64,000 nucleotides of DNA from assembly GCA_050951805.1 (NCBI GenBank), contig JBMNJT010000001.1, forward strand, positions 1-64,000. Direction: 5' to 3'. This stretch comes from Bacillota bacterium (GTDB lineage: Bacteria > Bacillota > DTU025). A program made the translations under genes and the position numbers. Numbering within the stretch: the stretch's first letter is position 1; each line of letters starts with the position of its first letter. Of the stretch, positions 30,723 through 42,600 are shown piece after piece. The notes beneath the pieces were generated by a model. The model did no database searches. It was not told where the DNA came from and worked only from the letters and a program-made list of their open reading frames with translations.

Positions 30723-31113
30723 ATTCCCACAATCCTTTTACTAAGACTTTGGCTTTCAGTTTGATAAAGTAGTTCTTCATCTGCTTGGAAACTCCTCCTC
30801 CTTTCTCCAGAAAGTTTTGTGCCGCGCCCATTTGTGTGTTTGGCTCGAGGTAAACAGATGCAATTCACTCGGCAGCCTTGTATGTCGGGGCAGACATACC
30901 CATGATGACGAGAACATTTCGCAGGAGCGTACCCGCGTATGAGTCCAGTTGGATACTTAGTAAGCCATCTAAAAGGCTTCCACAGCCAGCCGAGCCTCGG
31001 ACCACAGACGTCGTACATCAACCTTTAAGTGTTATCTAAGGATTGTCATATGTGCTATGCCCAAAATCAGTAGTGACAATATCACAGACGCGTAACAACG
31101 TCCGAAATTGGCA

Positions 31114-31141
31114 TTGCACTTTTGCAGGAATCGTATATAAT
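31114..31141 (+). promoter_or_regulatory. Sigma70/SigA promoter of the pot operon
   Basis: TTGCAC-N16-TATAAT about 100 bp upstream of the ATG at 31240. Confidence 0.65.
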
Positions 31142-31156
31142 ATCTTAGCGTCGGCA

Positions 31157-31214
31157 GTAAACTTGGAGTTTACCTGTGTTGAACTTTTCAACTTGAAGTT
31201 TACCCGGCCTAAAC
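31157..31214. promoter_or_regulatory. Candidate operator array for the XRE/cupin (PuuR-type) regulator
   Basis: Direct repeat AACTTG(G/A)AGTTTACC at 31160 and 31190; palindromes GTAAACT-N3-AGTTTAC (31157-31173) and GTTTA-N7-TAAAC (31198-31214), all just downstream of the -10 box. Confidence 0.65.
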
Positions 31215-31239
31215 CCAACAGATAAGCGAGGAGCGACGG

Positions 31240-31782
31240 ATGAAGATAGGGCCAAGAATCAAAAACCTTCGGCTGAAAAAAGGGCTAACCCAGGAAGAGC
31301 TGGGCGAACGCACTGATTTAACCAAAGGCTACATATCCCAAATCGAACGCGACCTGAGCTCGCCGTCGCTAGAAACCTTCTTCGACATTCTTGAAGTGCT
31401 CGGCTGCACGCCCAAGGAATTCTTCAGCGACGAAGAACGTGAGCAAAAAGTCGTGTACACAGATGAGGACCTGACCGAATTCGTCGACGATGAACGGGGT
31501 TACCGCATCCAGTGGCTCGTCCCTGAATCAAATGAAAACGAGATGGAGCCGATTATGCTCACCCTCGAAAAAGGCGGAAGCTTCAAACAGTTCGAGCCTT
31601 CCCTTGCCGACACTTTTGCCTACGTGCTGAGCGGAAGGATCAAAGTTTCGCTCGGAAAACGAACTTACTATGCTAAGGCAGGCCAAACCGTCTACTACCA
31701 AGCATCTGAAGAGCACCAGATTTCCAACGACAATGACGGACCATCAGAATTGCTTCTGGTGGCAACTGATTCCTATTTATGA
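31240..31782 (+). CDS. XRE-family HTH + cupin regulator (PuuR-type)
   Basis: IGPRIKNLR..KGLTQEELGERTDLTKGYISQIER plus a C-terminal cupin; first gene of the pot operon. Confidence 0.9.
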   Translation: MKIGPRIKNLRLKKGLTQEELGERTDLTKGYISQIERDLSSPSLETFFDILEVLGCTPKEFFSDEEREQKVVYTDEDLTEFVDDERGYRIQWLVPESNENEMEPIMLTLEKGGSFKQFEPSLADTFAYVLSGRIKVSLGKRTYYAKAGQTVYYQASEEHQISNDNDGPSELLLVATDSYL

Positions 31783-31832
31783 TGTAAAGTCGTGCATGAT
31801 ATCCTACTTCCATCCGCGGGGAGGGGACAAGA

Positions 31833-32939
31833 ATGGCCAAAAACACAATCATCCGTTTCAAGAACGTCACCAAACAATACGACGATGACCCCCCGGTGTT
31901 GACAGATGTCAGCTTTGAACTGGAGCGGGGCAAATTCTACACATTGCTCGGCCCTTCCGGCTGCGGAAAAACGACGATCATCCGCTTAATCGCAGGCTTC
32001 GTTGAGCCCACAGTCGGCGAGATCTACTTTGACGGCCAGGAGATAAGCAAGATTCCGCCTGACAAGCGCCGGGTAAACACCATATTCCAGGACTATGCAT
32101 TGTTTCCTCATTTGAACGTGTTCGAGAACGTCGCCTTCGGACTGCGCGTCAAGAGGATGAAAGAAGACGTGATTAGGGAGAAGGTCCGGGAAGCGCTACG
32201 TTTCGTCAATCTGGAAGGCTTGGAGAACCGGGACATTGCGGGTATGTCCGGCGGCCAGCAGCAACGCGTGGCCATCGCGCGAGCCATAGTCAACGAACCG
32301 GAAGTGCTGCTTCTGGACGAACCGCTTTCAGCCCTTGATCTGAAGCTCCGCACGGAAATGCAGTACGAGCTGAGAGAGCTTCAGCGCAGTCTGGGCATTA
32401 CATTCGTCTTTGTCACACATGACCAGGAAGAAGCCCTTGCACTTTCCGATGAGGTTTTTGTCTTGAACAACGGTCGGATTGAGCAGCGCGGAACGCCCAT
32501 GGACATCTATGATGAGCCGGTCAACAGGTTTGTGGCTGATTTCATAGGCGAATCCAACATTATTTCAGCCACGATGATCAAAGACTACCTTGTCGAATTT
32601 GTCGGCAATCAGTTCGAATGCGTGGACAAGGGATTTCATCCTAACGAACCGGCCGAAGTCGTGATTCGTCCCGAGGACCTGGAGATCACGCCGAAGGATC
32701 AAGGGAAGCTTCAGGTTTACGTGGATTCCCAGCTCTTCCGCGGCGTGCACTACGAGATTTGCTGCTACGACAAGGAAGGCAATGAATGGCTTGTCCATTC
32801 CACCAAAAAAGTAGCGGTAGGCGATGAGATCGGACTCAATTTCGGCCCCGAAGACATACACGTGATGAGGTTGGGCGAGACGGAAGACGAATTCGACAGA
32901 CGTTTGGAGTCGTATGAAGAGGTGCGCCATGCAGGCTAA
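31833..32939 (+). CDS. potA: Spermidine/putrescine ABC transporter ATPase
   Basis: [38 protein letters not shown]. Confidence 0.95.
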   Translation: MAKNTIIRFKNVTKQYDDDPPVLTDVSFELERGKFYTLLGPSGCGKTTIIRLIAGFVEPTVGEIYFDGQEISKIPPDKRRVNTIFQDYALFPHLNVFENVAFGLRVKRMKEDVIREKVREALRFVNLEGLENRDIAGMSGGQQQRVAIARAIVNEPEVLLLDEPLSALDLKLRTEMQYELRELQRSLGITFVFVTHDQEEALALSDEVFVLNNGRIEQRGTPMDIYDEPVNRFVADFIGESNIISATMIKDYLVEFVGNQFECVDKGFHPNEPAEVVIRPEDLEITPKDQGKLQVYVDSQLFRGVHYEICCYDKEGNEWLVHSTKKVAVGDEIGLNFGPEDIHVMRLGETEDEFDRRLESYEEVRHAG

Positions 32940-33729
32940 AACGCGCAACATCTACCTTATCCCCTATATGCTATGGATCATCATGTTCGTCATTGCGCCG
33001 ATCGTGCTAATTGTCTACTACTCCATGTACGACATTGACGGAGTATGGACTCTCGCAAACTACAAGAGATTCTTTACCCCGGTGTACTTGCGAATGACGC
33101 TGAGGTCGTTTTGGTACGCGATCTTGATCACGGGAGTCTCGCTGATTGTTGCATATCCGACGGCATACTTGCTGACCAAGACAGCACACAAGGAATTGTG
33201 GCTTCTTCTCATCATATTACCGTCATGGATAAACTTGCTTCTCAAGGTGTATGCCTTCATAGGCATCTTGGGGCTCTACGGTCCCATCAACTCCTTTCTC
33301 GAGCTTGTGGGCATTGGGGCAAAACAGATTCTATTCACAGATTTCAGCTTCATCTTTGTAGCTGTTTACATCTTCATCCCATACATGATACTGCCCATAT
33401 TCAACGCCCTTGAGGAACTCAACCCGTCCTTGGTTGCAGCAGCCCGCGACCTCGGAGCATCTCCTTGGGCAACATTCCGTCGGGTAGTATTCCCCTTGAC
33501 GATGGGCGGGGTGAAGTCGGGCTGTCGAGCGGTTTTCATCCCGGCCTTGTCGTTGTTCATGATAACGCGCCTGATTGCCGGAAACAGGGTAATCACTCTG
33601 GGGACCGCCATTGAACAACATTTCCTTGTTACGCAGGACTGGGGCATGGGTTCGACCCTTGCCGTCTTTCTGATCATTGTGATGGGACTAACGATGCTTG
33701 TTACAGAAAGTGGAAATCGGGTGAAGTAG
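32929..33729 (+). CDS. potB: Spermidine/putrescine ABC permease
   Basis: [30 protein letters not shown]; start overlaps the potA end. Confidence 0.93.
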   Translation: MQAKTRNIYLIPYMLWIIMFVIAPIVLIVYYSMYDIDGVWTLANYKRFFTPVYLRMTLRSFWYAILITGVSLIVAYPTAYLLTKTAHKELWLLLIILPSWINLLLKVYAFIGILGLYGPINSFLELVGIGAKQILFTDFSFIFVAVYIFIPYMILPIFNALEELNPSLVAAARDLGASPWATFRRVVFPLTMGGVKSGCRAVFIPALSLFMITRLIAGNRVITLGTAIEQHFLVTQDWGMGSTLAVFLIIVMGLTMLVTESGNRVK

Positions 33730-33730
33730 C

Positions 33731-34534
33731 ATGAAGAAAACAGGAAAGCTGTCCGTCATCTATCTGGTTTTGGTATTCATCATATTGTACACCCCTATCT
33801 TCTACCTGATTTACTACTCATTTAACAGTGGAGGTTCCATGCACCATTTTCAGGAGTTCACGCTTGACTGGTATGAAGAGGTGTTCCACGATACACGCCT
33901 CTTCATCATCCTTCTGAATACACTGGTAGTCGCGCTTCTCTCTTCAGCGATATCGACGATTATAGGGGTAGCGGGGGCACTTGCCATCACGCGGGTGAGG
34001 AGTAAACGGACCCGCAATGCGCTGCTCACTTTGAACAATGTGATGATAGTCAGCCCGGATGTGATCATCGGAGCGTCTTTCCTGATTCTCCTGACAGCGA
34101 TCGGTGTCAATCTAGGATTCTTCTCCGTTTTGATCTCTCATATTGCCTTCAGCGTGCCCATCGTCGTCCTGATGGTGCTGCCAAAGCTAGAGGAGATGAG
34201 TCCGACATTGGTGGACGCCGCCCGGGATCTAGGAGCGAGCAGCCGGGATGTGCTAACGAAAGTGGTGATCCCCTATATTTCGCCTGGCATATTCGCAGGT
34301 TTTTTCATGGCCTTAACGTACTCCCTCGACGATTTCGCGGTCACCTTTTTCGTGACGGGAGGCGGCTTTTCAACGCTGTCGGTGGAGATATACTCGCTGG
34401 CAAGGCGGGGAATCTCGTTGACCATTAATGCGCTCTCTACGCTGATTTTCCTGGCTACCTTAGCATTGGTCATCGGTTACTACATCATAACCAAGCGGGG
34501 ATCCAAGCCCAGCGGAGCGGAGGCACGGGAATGA
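33731..34534 (+). CDS. potC: Spermidine/putrescine ABC permease
   Basis: [26 protein letters not shown]. Confidence 0.93.
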   Translation: MKKTGKLSVIYLVLVFIILYTPIFYLIYYSFNSGGSMHHFQEFTLDWYEEVFHDTRLFIILLNTLVVALLSSAISTIIGVAGALAITRVRSKRTRNALLTLNNVMIVSPDVIIGASFLILLTAIGVNLGFFSVLISHIAFSVPIVVLMVLPKLEEMSPTLVDAARDLGASSRDVLTKVVIPYISPGIFAGFFMALTYSLDDFAVTFFVTGGGFSTLSVEIYSLARRGISLTINALSTLIFLATLALVIGYYIITKRGSKPSGAEARE

Positions 34535-35604
34535 AAAAGGTTACTCAGATGTTCACCATAGTCTTTGCCGCAGCATTCGCGCTGATGTACCTAACTTCAT
34601 ACCTTAATGCCTTGCACGGCTATTCGGGCCCAGATACGCTCACCATCTATAATTGGGGAGATTATATTGACCCTTATTTGATCAAGGAATTTGAACGTGA
34701 GACAGGCCTCAAGGTCATCTATCAGACCTTCGATTCCAATGAGGCGATGTTGACAAAGATTGCCCACGGCGGTGTCACGTTCGATGTAGTGATTCCGTCT
34801 GACTATGCCATAAGCAAGATGAAGGAACAGGGATTGCTCATTCCCCTGGATCATTCTAAGCTTCCAAACTTAAAGCACATCGATGCTCGTTTCCTGGATT
34901 TGCCCTTCGACGAGAAGAACGTGTATTCCATCCCCTATTTCTGGGGAACGTACGGGATCATCTATAACCCCGAGATAATCACGGACATAGACTTTGACAG
35001 CTGGGATGATCTGTGGGATCCACGCCTCCAGAATCAGATCTTGCTTGTAGACAGTGCCCGCGAAGTGATCGGGATGGGCCTGAACAGTCTCTGCTATTCA
35101 TTGAACGATACTGATATGGACCATCTGCAGCAGGCGAAGGAAAAACTTGACATGCTCATACCCAATATTCGAGCAATTGTTGGGGATGAGATTAAGATGC
35201 TTCTCGAAACTGAAGAGGCCGCAGTTGCTGTTGTCTGGTCGGGAGACGCCTCGGAGATCATCGGCGAGAACGACAAGTTCGACTACGTCATCCCAAAGGA
35301 AGGGTCAAACGTATGGTTTGACAACATGGTGATTCCGACCACGGCGAAGAACGTCGAGGGGGCGCACCAATTCATCAACTTCATGCTAGATCCTGAAAAT
35401 GCTGCCCAGAACGCGGAATACGTCGGCTACTCGACACCAAACGCCGAAGCCTTGAGGTATCTCCCAGAAGAGATCACCTCCGATGAGCGTTTCTACCCGG
35501 GCTCTGAAATAACGGATAAGCTTGAGGTGTACGAGAATCTCAGTAAGAGGATGACTGCCTACTATAACGAGCTCTTCCTTGAGTTCAAGATGCATCGGAA
35601 GTAG
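34531..35604 (+). CDS. potD: Spermidine/putrescine-binding protein
   Basis: YNWGDYID, FDSNEAM, PSDY, PYFWGT, WSGDA, WFDNMVIP. Confidence 0.95.
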   Translation: MKKVTQMFTIVFAAAFALMYLTSYLNALHGYSGPDTLTIYNWGDYIDPYLIKEFERETGLKVIYQTFDSNEAMLTKIAHGGVTFDVVIPSDYAISKMKEQGLLIPLDHSKLPNLKHIDARFLDLPFDEKNVYSIPYFWGTYGIIYNPEIITDIDFDSWDDLWDPRLQNQILLVDSAREVIGMGLNSLCYSLNDTDMDHLQQAKEKLDMLIPNIRAIVGDEIKMLLETEEAAVAVVWSGDASEIIGENDKFDYVIPKEGSNVWFDNMVIPTTAKNVEGAHQFINFMLDPENAAQNAEYVGYSTPNAEALRYLPEEITSDERFYPGSEITDKLEVYENLSKRMTAYYNELFLEFKMHRK

Positions 35605-35623
35605 CAAATCACGTCTCGTATCG

Positions 35624-35647
35624 GGCCCGCAACGCGCGTTGCGGGCC
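35624..35647. terminator. Palindrome between the convergent potD and barrel genes (likely bidirectional terminator)
   Basis: Perfect 24 bp palindrome GGCCCGCAACGCGCGTTGCGGGCC. Confidence 0.7.
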
Positions 35648-35667
35648 GATGTAATGCTTCTTTCTGC

Positions 35668-36546
35668 CTAAAACTCCATCCCCAGCGACAGCCTGTGGCT
35701 GTCAGGTAGGGTATTGTGGTGCTGGTAGGCGTAATCGATGTTGAAGGTCGCTGCTTCAAAGCCTGCCCCTGCAGTGAGGCATGTTCCATTCCCACCAAAA
35801 GAGCCGCCTGCGCGGAGCGCCATCTGGCGGAATCTGTACTCTGCCCCCACCTTTCCAGAAAAGCCGTTGTCCATCACGGCATCCGCCGCAACGAGCAAGT
35901 TCTCCATGGGCTCGAAGGCAACTCCAAGTCCGAATGCGCGGTCAAACGCATCCTCCGCACCACTGGAGTAGGCCACCTTGCCAAAGAGGTTCCTTCCGAC
36001 CGCGCCCACGCGGACCTTGTCATCCGCCATGGAATACAAAACTCCCATGTCAGCTGTGAAGCCTTTCCCCGAGTTTTCGGGCAGTGTCTCTTGGTAATAC
36101 TTGACCGCCGCTCCAATGCTCAGGTTCGGCATTACCGCCATACCGTAGCCTGCCATCACAGCGGTACTAGCCACACCAAATGTGCCAATCTCGTTTGCGA
36201 ATTCATCTGTTTCTTCTATCCCGGAAGCGTCGAGCCTCAGGATTCCCGCGCCAATGTGTCGTGCCACGCCTCCTAACGCGAGGTACCCTGCTGCTCCATA
36301 TTGGTTTGTATACAGCGATGTGATATCTATTCCATCAATTACGCCCAGGCCTGCCGGGTTGTAGTATATGACGGAGGCGTCATCTGCCACCGCAATATGG
36401 GCGCCGCCCATTCCAAGCGCCCGCGCCCCCATTCCAAGTCCCATCATCGCCGCCGTTCCCACCGGATCGTCCTCGGCGAATGCAGCTGCTGCGGGAATCA
36501 GGGCAATTACGAGCACGAGCGCAAGCACTGTTTTCTTGATTCGCAT
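35668..36546 (-). CDS. PorV/PorQ (FadL/UPF0164-like) outer-membrane beta-barrel, copy 1
   Basis: Signal peptide ending AFA; GMGARALGMGGA.IAVADDAS.IYYNPAGL signature; alternating beta-strand pattern; C-terminal IDYAY...HRLSLGMEF ending in Phe. Confidence 0.85.
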   Translation of the reverse strand: MRIKKTVLALVLVIALIPAAAAFAEDDPVGTAAMMGLGMGARALGMGGAHIAVADDASVIYYNPAGLGVIDGIDITSLYTNQYGAAGYLALGGVARHIGAGILRLDASGIEETDEFANEIGTFGVASTAVMAGYGMAVMPNLSIGAAVKYYQETLPENSGKGFTADMGVLYSMADDKVRVGAVGRNLFGKVAYSSGAEDAFDRAFGLGVAFEPMENLLVAADAVMDNGFSGKVGAEYRFRQMALRAGGSFGGNGTCLTAGAGFEAATFNIDYAYQHHNTLPDSHRLSLGMEF

Positions 36547-36617
36547 TTTCCGCCCTCCTTAAGGTCAAGCTAAGGAAGTCCGGGCAGTCGCTTGTGCGAC
36601 CGCCCAGACCCATGCAT

Positions 36618-39600
36618 CTATCTGCTCACAACAAGACGCCCGACCTCAGATCTCTCCTCACCGGCTATCACGACGTAGAGGTATACGCCGTTTGCCACCG
36701 GCTTGCCTGATGAATGGAGGTTCCATTCATGGGCATTCGCCGTGGCTGAAAGCTCTGCAGAGTGCACGAGGCGTCCTGCGATGTCGTAGACATATAGCGT
36801 TCCGTTAGATGCGATGTCGTAGTAGAACGTTACCAGATCAGAAGTGGGGTTCGGAGCCGCCACTACAGCGCGAGTGAGCGCGATCACCGTGAACTCCTCG
36901 CTCGTGGCATCTCCGGACGCACCTTCTGGGTCAACTGCTGTGATTCGGATTCTGTAATTGCCTCGGCGCTCAAGCTTTGAGGTATCCCAGATGTATTTAC
37001 CGGTGTTGGGCACCTCAGATGCTATGGCCTGCCAATCCCCGCCTGATGCAGGCTTGTACTCAAGGGTAATCTTGAGCGTATCTGCATCGTCATCGGGATC
37101 GAAGGCCTCCCACTCGATCATCGCCTCGCCCGTTAGGACCTGGCCTGCCGTAGGCCTTACGATCTCGACTTCCGGCGGAAGGTTGATGATCTCTATCTCG
37201 TGTTCTATCGAATCAAGCGCCTTATCGTCGTCTATGACTGTTAGTTTGACTACGAACGTGCCTGTAGAGCCGTACTTGTGCTTTGCATTAAGGCCAGCGC
37301 TGGCAGTGCCATCTCCAAACTCCCAGAAAGCCGCGACTATCTCGCCATCATCAGTAGACTCGTTGATGAATCTGACCTCCTCGCCAACACTCGCCGACGA
37401 TGGACTGAAGCTGAACGCCGCGATCGGAGCCGCGTTCCCCACCTGAATGGTCTTTGTTGTGGTTCCCGTCAGCCCGCCGTTGTCAGTAACAGTGAGCTCG
37501 ACCGTGAACTCGCCCTTATCAGCATACTGATGCTCCGGGCTCTCCTGGTCGCTTTCCGCACCGTCTCCGAACTCCCAATGCCAAGCCACGATCTCGCCGT
37601 CATCTGTCGACTCGTCGACGAACTTCACCTTGTCGCGCCGTGTGGCGGGGGACGGGGTGAAGCTGAAGTCGGCGTTCGGGGCGAGGTTTACGATGGTGAA
37701 CTCGTCCGTCACGAACTCGTGGGATGCTCCAGAAGGATCGATGGCCACAATGCGTATCTGGAAGTCATCGCCGCCGGCACCCACTTCTGGGCTGTCCCAC
37801 AGGTAACTGCCGGTATTCGGCAACTCCCGGGCAATCTCATTCCACTTCCCGCCACTACGCCTCCAATACAGGTCGATGGCGAGTGTGTCGGGATCGTCAT
37901 CTTCATCCGTGACCGTCCAGCATATCTCGTATGCCCCGTTGATCTCCTCACCAGCTTCAGGATGAGTGATTTGCGCCTCAGGTGCCATATTCACCTTTAT
38001 CTGAACTGGAACCATGACCGAAGGACAGAACGGATCGTCAGCTGATACTGTCATCTCCAGTGCATAGGTTCCCGCTGCAGCACCTGGCGAGCCGAATGTG
38101 AGCATCACTTCCTGGGTTTCACCTGACAGCAGATATCCAGTCGTTGGGTTCGGCCGCAAGACAGGACTGGATGGAACGACCTTGATGGCGAAGTTCATTG
38201 GCCCATCGCCATTGTTCCTCACTTTCATGATGCCCTGATCTTCAGTGCCGTGGAGAACGACCACGTCTATCTCCTCAGGTTCAACTTGAAGTTTAGGCAA
38301 CCACTTGACTGTGATCTTCGATTCAGCTGTCGCCTCCGAGCCGTTCTCATCCACGGCATGGAACCGAGCTGTGTAAGTCCCGACTTCTGCATACACGTGT
38401 TCAGCGTGGGTTTCATGAACCGCGTCGCTGCCGTCTCCGAAGTCCCACCAAACATCGACCACAGGAGTAGCCCCGGGAACTACGGTTGCATCGAACGCCA
38501 CCGAAAGCGGCGGCTGGCCTATTGTCGGGTCTACGCTTATCTCAGTTATGGTCGGCCCTGCTTCCAGGTGTACGGTTATGTCTACGTAGAGTGCCGAATT
38601 GAACGGATCATTTGTCGCCACTACGACGTGCTGCCTCACATCATCGCCGGGTTTGCCCAGCTCGGCAGCTTTCATCGTAATGGTTATCTCTTGAGTCTCC
38701 CCTTCGGGCACTACACCCCTTACCGGATCGACAGCTATTCCGTAACCTATTGGCATCCCCGTCTCCACTAGGTACATGGTATTGTTCTTCTGCGACATCA
38801 CCCAGAGGTTCCCGTCGGGGTTGAGCGCCAGCCCTGCGCTGGAGTACTCGTCATTGGCCGGGTGCGGAAATTGCGCTATCACTGCGCGGGATTCCACATC
38901 GATGCCATAGATCATGTCTGGTTCGGAATTGCCAGCCACCCATAGCACACCATCGGGGTGCCATGCAAGACCCGCAATGCCTACAGGGAAAGGCCAGGAT
39001 TCGATTATCTCTCCGGGGTTGTCCCAGTCAAGCCCCTTGATGTGGTAGATGATGTCCTGATTCCAACCGCCGATATAGAAGGTATCGGTGTCAGGATCGT
39101 AAGCCAGGCCTCTCTGCGACACAGCGGCCCAGGATGCATCCCTAATCCTCACTTCTGATACCCCTGTCGCAGGATTGAGCCCGTGAATGCCATTGCTCCA
39201 TCCCACGTCCACCTGCCACATGAGGCCATGATTGGAATCGTACGCCATGTCAGCCGGCCATTCACTGGTCCAGTATGTGTTTAACATGGCGCCAGTGTGG
39301 GTTCCGGACGTGGTCACTATGTGGTCATAGTTCTCGCGAGAGTCCGAAATCCACAGAGTCGACCTAACCTCTTCGTAGCCGAGGCCCCACGGGTTCTCTA
39401 TTTGAGACGGGACTCTCCACGACAGGATGACGTTGCCCGCGGCCCCTGGTTCAATAGCAGTCTCGATCTTCGCAGGATCCATCGGCAGATAGAGTCCTTC
39501 AGCATCCAGAGCATTCGGATCGGATACGCTGCCAACCCTTTGAGGCATGGCCACAACGGGCGCACTGCCTTCTCTCGCTCTTACGGTGAACTTGAGCGGT

Positions 39601-42600
39601 GCGTTCCCGCCTGCGTTACTAATGGTCACAGTCTCCGTTGCAACACCCGTCGGCACCATCGTCTTTTCTATCTCTGACGGTTCTATGCTTGCATTAGGCA
39701 GCATCTTCACTTCAACGATGAACTTTGCTTCAGCACGCCCTCCTAGCTGATCGATGACTGTGAAAACCGCTGTATAGTCACCCTCAACTTCGTAGGTGTG
39801 CACTCCATCGCGCACTGCTGCCGATTCCCCATCGCCAAAATCCCATCCATAGCTCACTATGGGGGTATCGGGCGCGGAAAATGCCGCATGGAATGCTACT
39901 TCAAGGGGCGGCTCGCCAATGAGCGGAGTTGCGCTCGCCTCAGTGATTCTTGGCGATGCAGCTACGTCAGCAGTGACTGGAACGATGATCATGGGATACT
40001 CCACGTCGTTCGTGAAGAGAACCATGTTGCTGGTGTGCGTGCCCAGCTTCAGTCTGCTGGCATCCACTGTTGCCTTGATATCGATTGAGCCTCCAGCAGG
40101 CACCTTGCCCCTTGCCGGCTCCCATGTGAACCATTGGCCATCGATCGGGCCAAGCCCCGTTTCCACCAGGTACATGGTGACATCGTCTTGCGACGCAACC
40201 CACAGGTTTCCGTTCTTGTCGAACTCACACCCAGCAGCAGAGTAGTAGCCACCCATGGGATGCGGGAACTGTGCAACTATTGAATGGCTCACAGGGTTCA
40301 CGAAGTAGATCATGTCAGGTTCGCCATTAGCGGTCACTGCCAAAATGCCGGCGACCGGATGATAGGCGAGTCCTGCAATGCCTACAGGAAGGGACCATCC
40401 ATCTATGACCTCACCAGGATTGTCCCAGCTTTCTCCCTTGATGTTGTAGATTATATCTTTGTTCCAGCCACCTATGTAGAATGTGTCGTTGTCGGGATTG
40501 TAAGCTAGTCCTCGCTGCGACTCCCATGTCCATTCGCCCTCGGCAATCGATCCGGCAACCTCGCCTGTCTGCGGGTTCAGCTTGTAGATGCCGTTATCCC
40601 CGCCGACACTCACTTGCCAAATATGCCTGCCGTCGAAGGCCATATCAGCTCCCCAGCCCGGTGTCCACGTAGTGGTCCAGCTGATGCCAGTAAACACGCC
40701 ATCCGACGTAAGCACGTAGTCTACACTCGGTTCGACTTCGATATCGCCAACAACGAGGGAGCCCGAGTTGTGATCGACTCCCACACCCCATACTCCAACC
40801 ATGGGCGCAGGGGCCCTCCAGCTCTTCAGCACTGAGCCGGCCGCTTCAGGCAGCCACGACGAACGCTCAGGGTTGGGGTGCGATGCGAAGATTCCCTTGG
40901 CGTTAAGTGCGTCTGGATCATGTATGCTCTCTTTCGACATTAGCCTTTGCGGAGTCGGCACCCTGTTCGGCAATTCCTCGCAACCGAACTCCAGCGTACC
41001 CGGACCGGCATTGCTCAGGATCAATGTCTTCGTCGTCTTCTGCCCCGAAGCTACGTTGAAATCGAGCTGAGTCGGATGCCAGCTGGCAGACGGAGGATCT
41101 TGCACATTTACTTTGACGGATTCTGTCGTCTCATAGCCGTCATTATCCACTGCTGTAAATGTGGCAGTGTAGACTCCATCTCGGGTGTAGGCATGTTCTG
41201 CGAACACATCGTGCACAGGTTCACTGCCGTCGCCAAAGGTCCAGTATTTGTCGACGATAGTGCCGTCAGGGTCGTGTGCCGCCCCCAAGAACCGGAAGAC
41301 TGTCCCCGCAGGTCCCTGTTTCGGATCAACGCTGCACGCAGTTATCACCGGAGCACTGTTTGGTATGACATCAACCCTTACCGGAACCACAATCTCCGGA
41401 CGGCGTATGTCGTTTGTTTCAAGGATTATCGATCCTCTGAGAACTCCGCCATCAGTCGGCTTGAGATCAAAGAAGACATCCAGGTCGATGCTATCTCCTG
41501 GCTCAAGCTCTGCTTGGAGCGGGCTGACAGAGAGCCACGAATACGGCCAGATCCTGATAGCAAGTTCGTTTTTCACATAACCGGCCGTGTCGTACAGAAT
41601 GGCGATCCCATCAGAACCGTCAGCATTCTCAATGCCGATGGTGCCTCTATCCAACGCCAACGATCCCATATCCATATCGAGATACTGGTAGAGCACGGAG
41701 CCATCGGGATACAGAATTGCTTGGAAGGTCAAGGACCCCATCCTCATGAAACGAGGCAATCCCTTCCACTCGATGATGAATCTGTCATTGGCTTCATCGT
41801 AGTACTGGAATACGCCCCCATCTGCTGGAACCATCGTCGGCCGGAGGTAATCCCAATACACAGCCAACAATGCATTGGGCAGCTCCGGAGATGGGATTGG
41901 ACCGTTAGACACCGATGTAGACATCGGCTCAAAGGTGAGGAACCCATCGGAGGTTACCGTGACCTTGTCATGAGCCTCTCCGTAGAATGGGAAAGACCAT
42001 GGCAGGTCAACTTCGACGCAGTGGTGGTTCTTTGTCATCGGAAGCTTGTCACCGACGTCACTGATTTCCACCCAATCGAACTCCGGGCCATCAGCGTCGT
42101 CGGAATCTATCCACATGTAGCCGAACTTGTCGGGGCCACCGGCGCCCTCAGGCGCAATCTCTAGTCCTGCCCCGTCGGCCTTCTCTTCTACGACGACTTT
42201 CACGTCGAGAATCAGGGTGTCATCGCCGACGTTCGTCACAGTCAGTTTCTCTTCGCGATTGCGATGAGCCCTTATCGTCTGCGCAAACCGCGGCGGATTT
42301 ACATCTGCGGCAGGCAGATTAGCCACCACTATGTCAACAGTGGCGCTATCTGCAAGGCCGTCGTCGTCCGTAACGGTCAGACTGGCCGTCCATTCGCCAT
42401 CCACGACATACGTGTGCACCGGGGTCAACGTGCCCGTCACAGGCTCGCTGCCGTCGCCGAAGTCCCACACTATATCGACGATCTGGCCGTCGCGATCCTT
42501 TGCCGTTGCCACAAACTCCACCGTTAGCGGCGCCTTGCCGGCCCAGGGTTTCGCGGACACAGACTGAATCACAGGCGGAATAATGGACTTGACGGACATG

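Noticed and set aside
30719-31225. Small ORFs between the ROK regulator and the pot operon
   Set aside because: They overlap the divergent promoter region and have no motifs.
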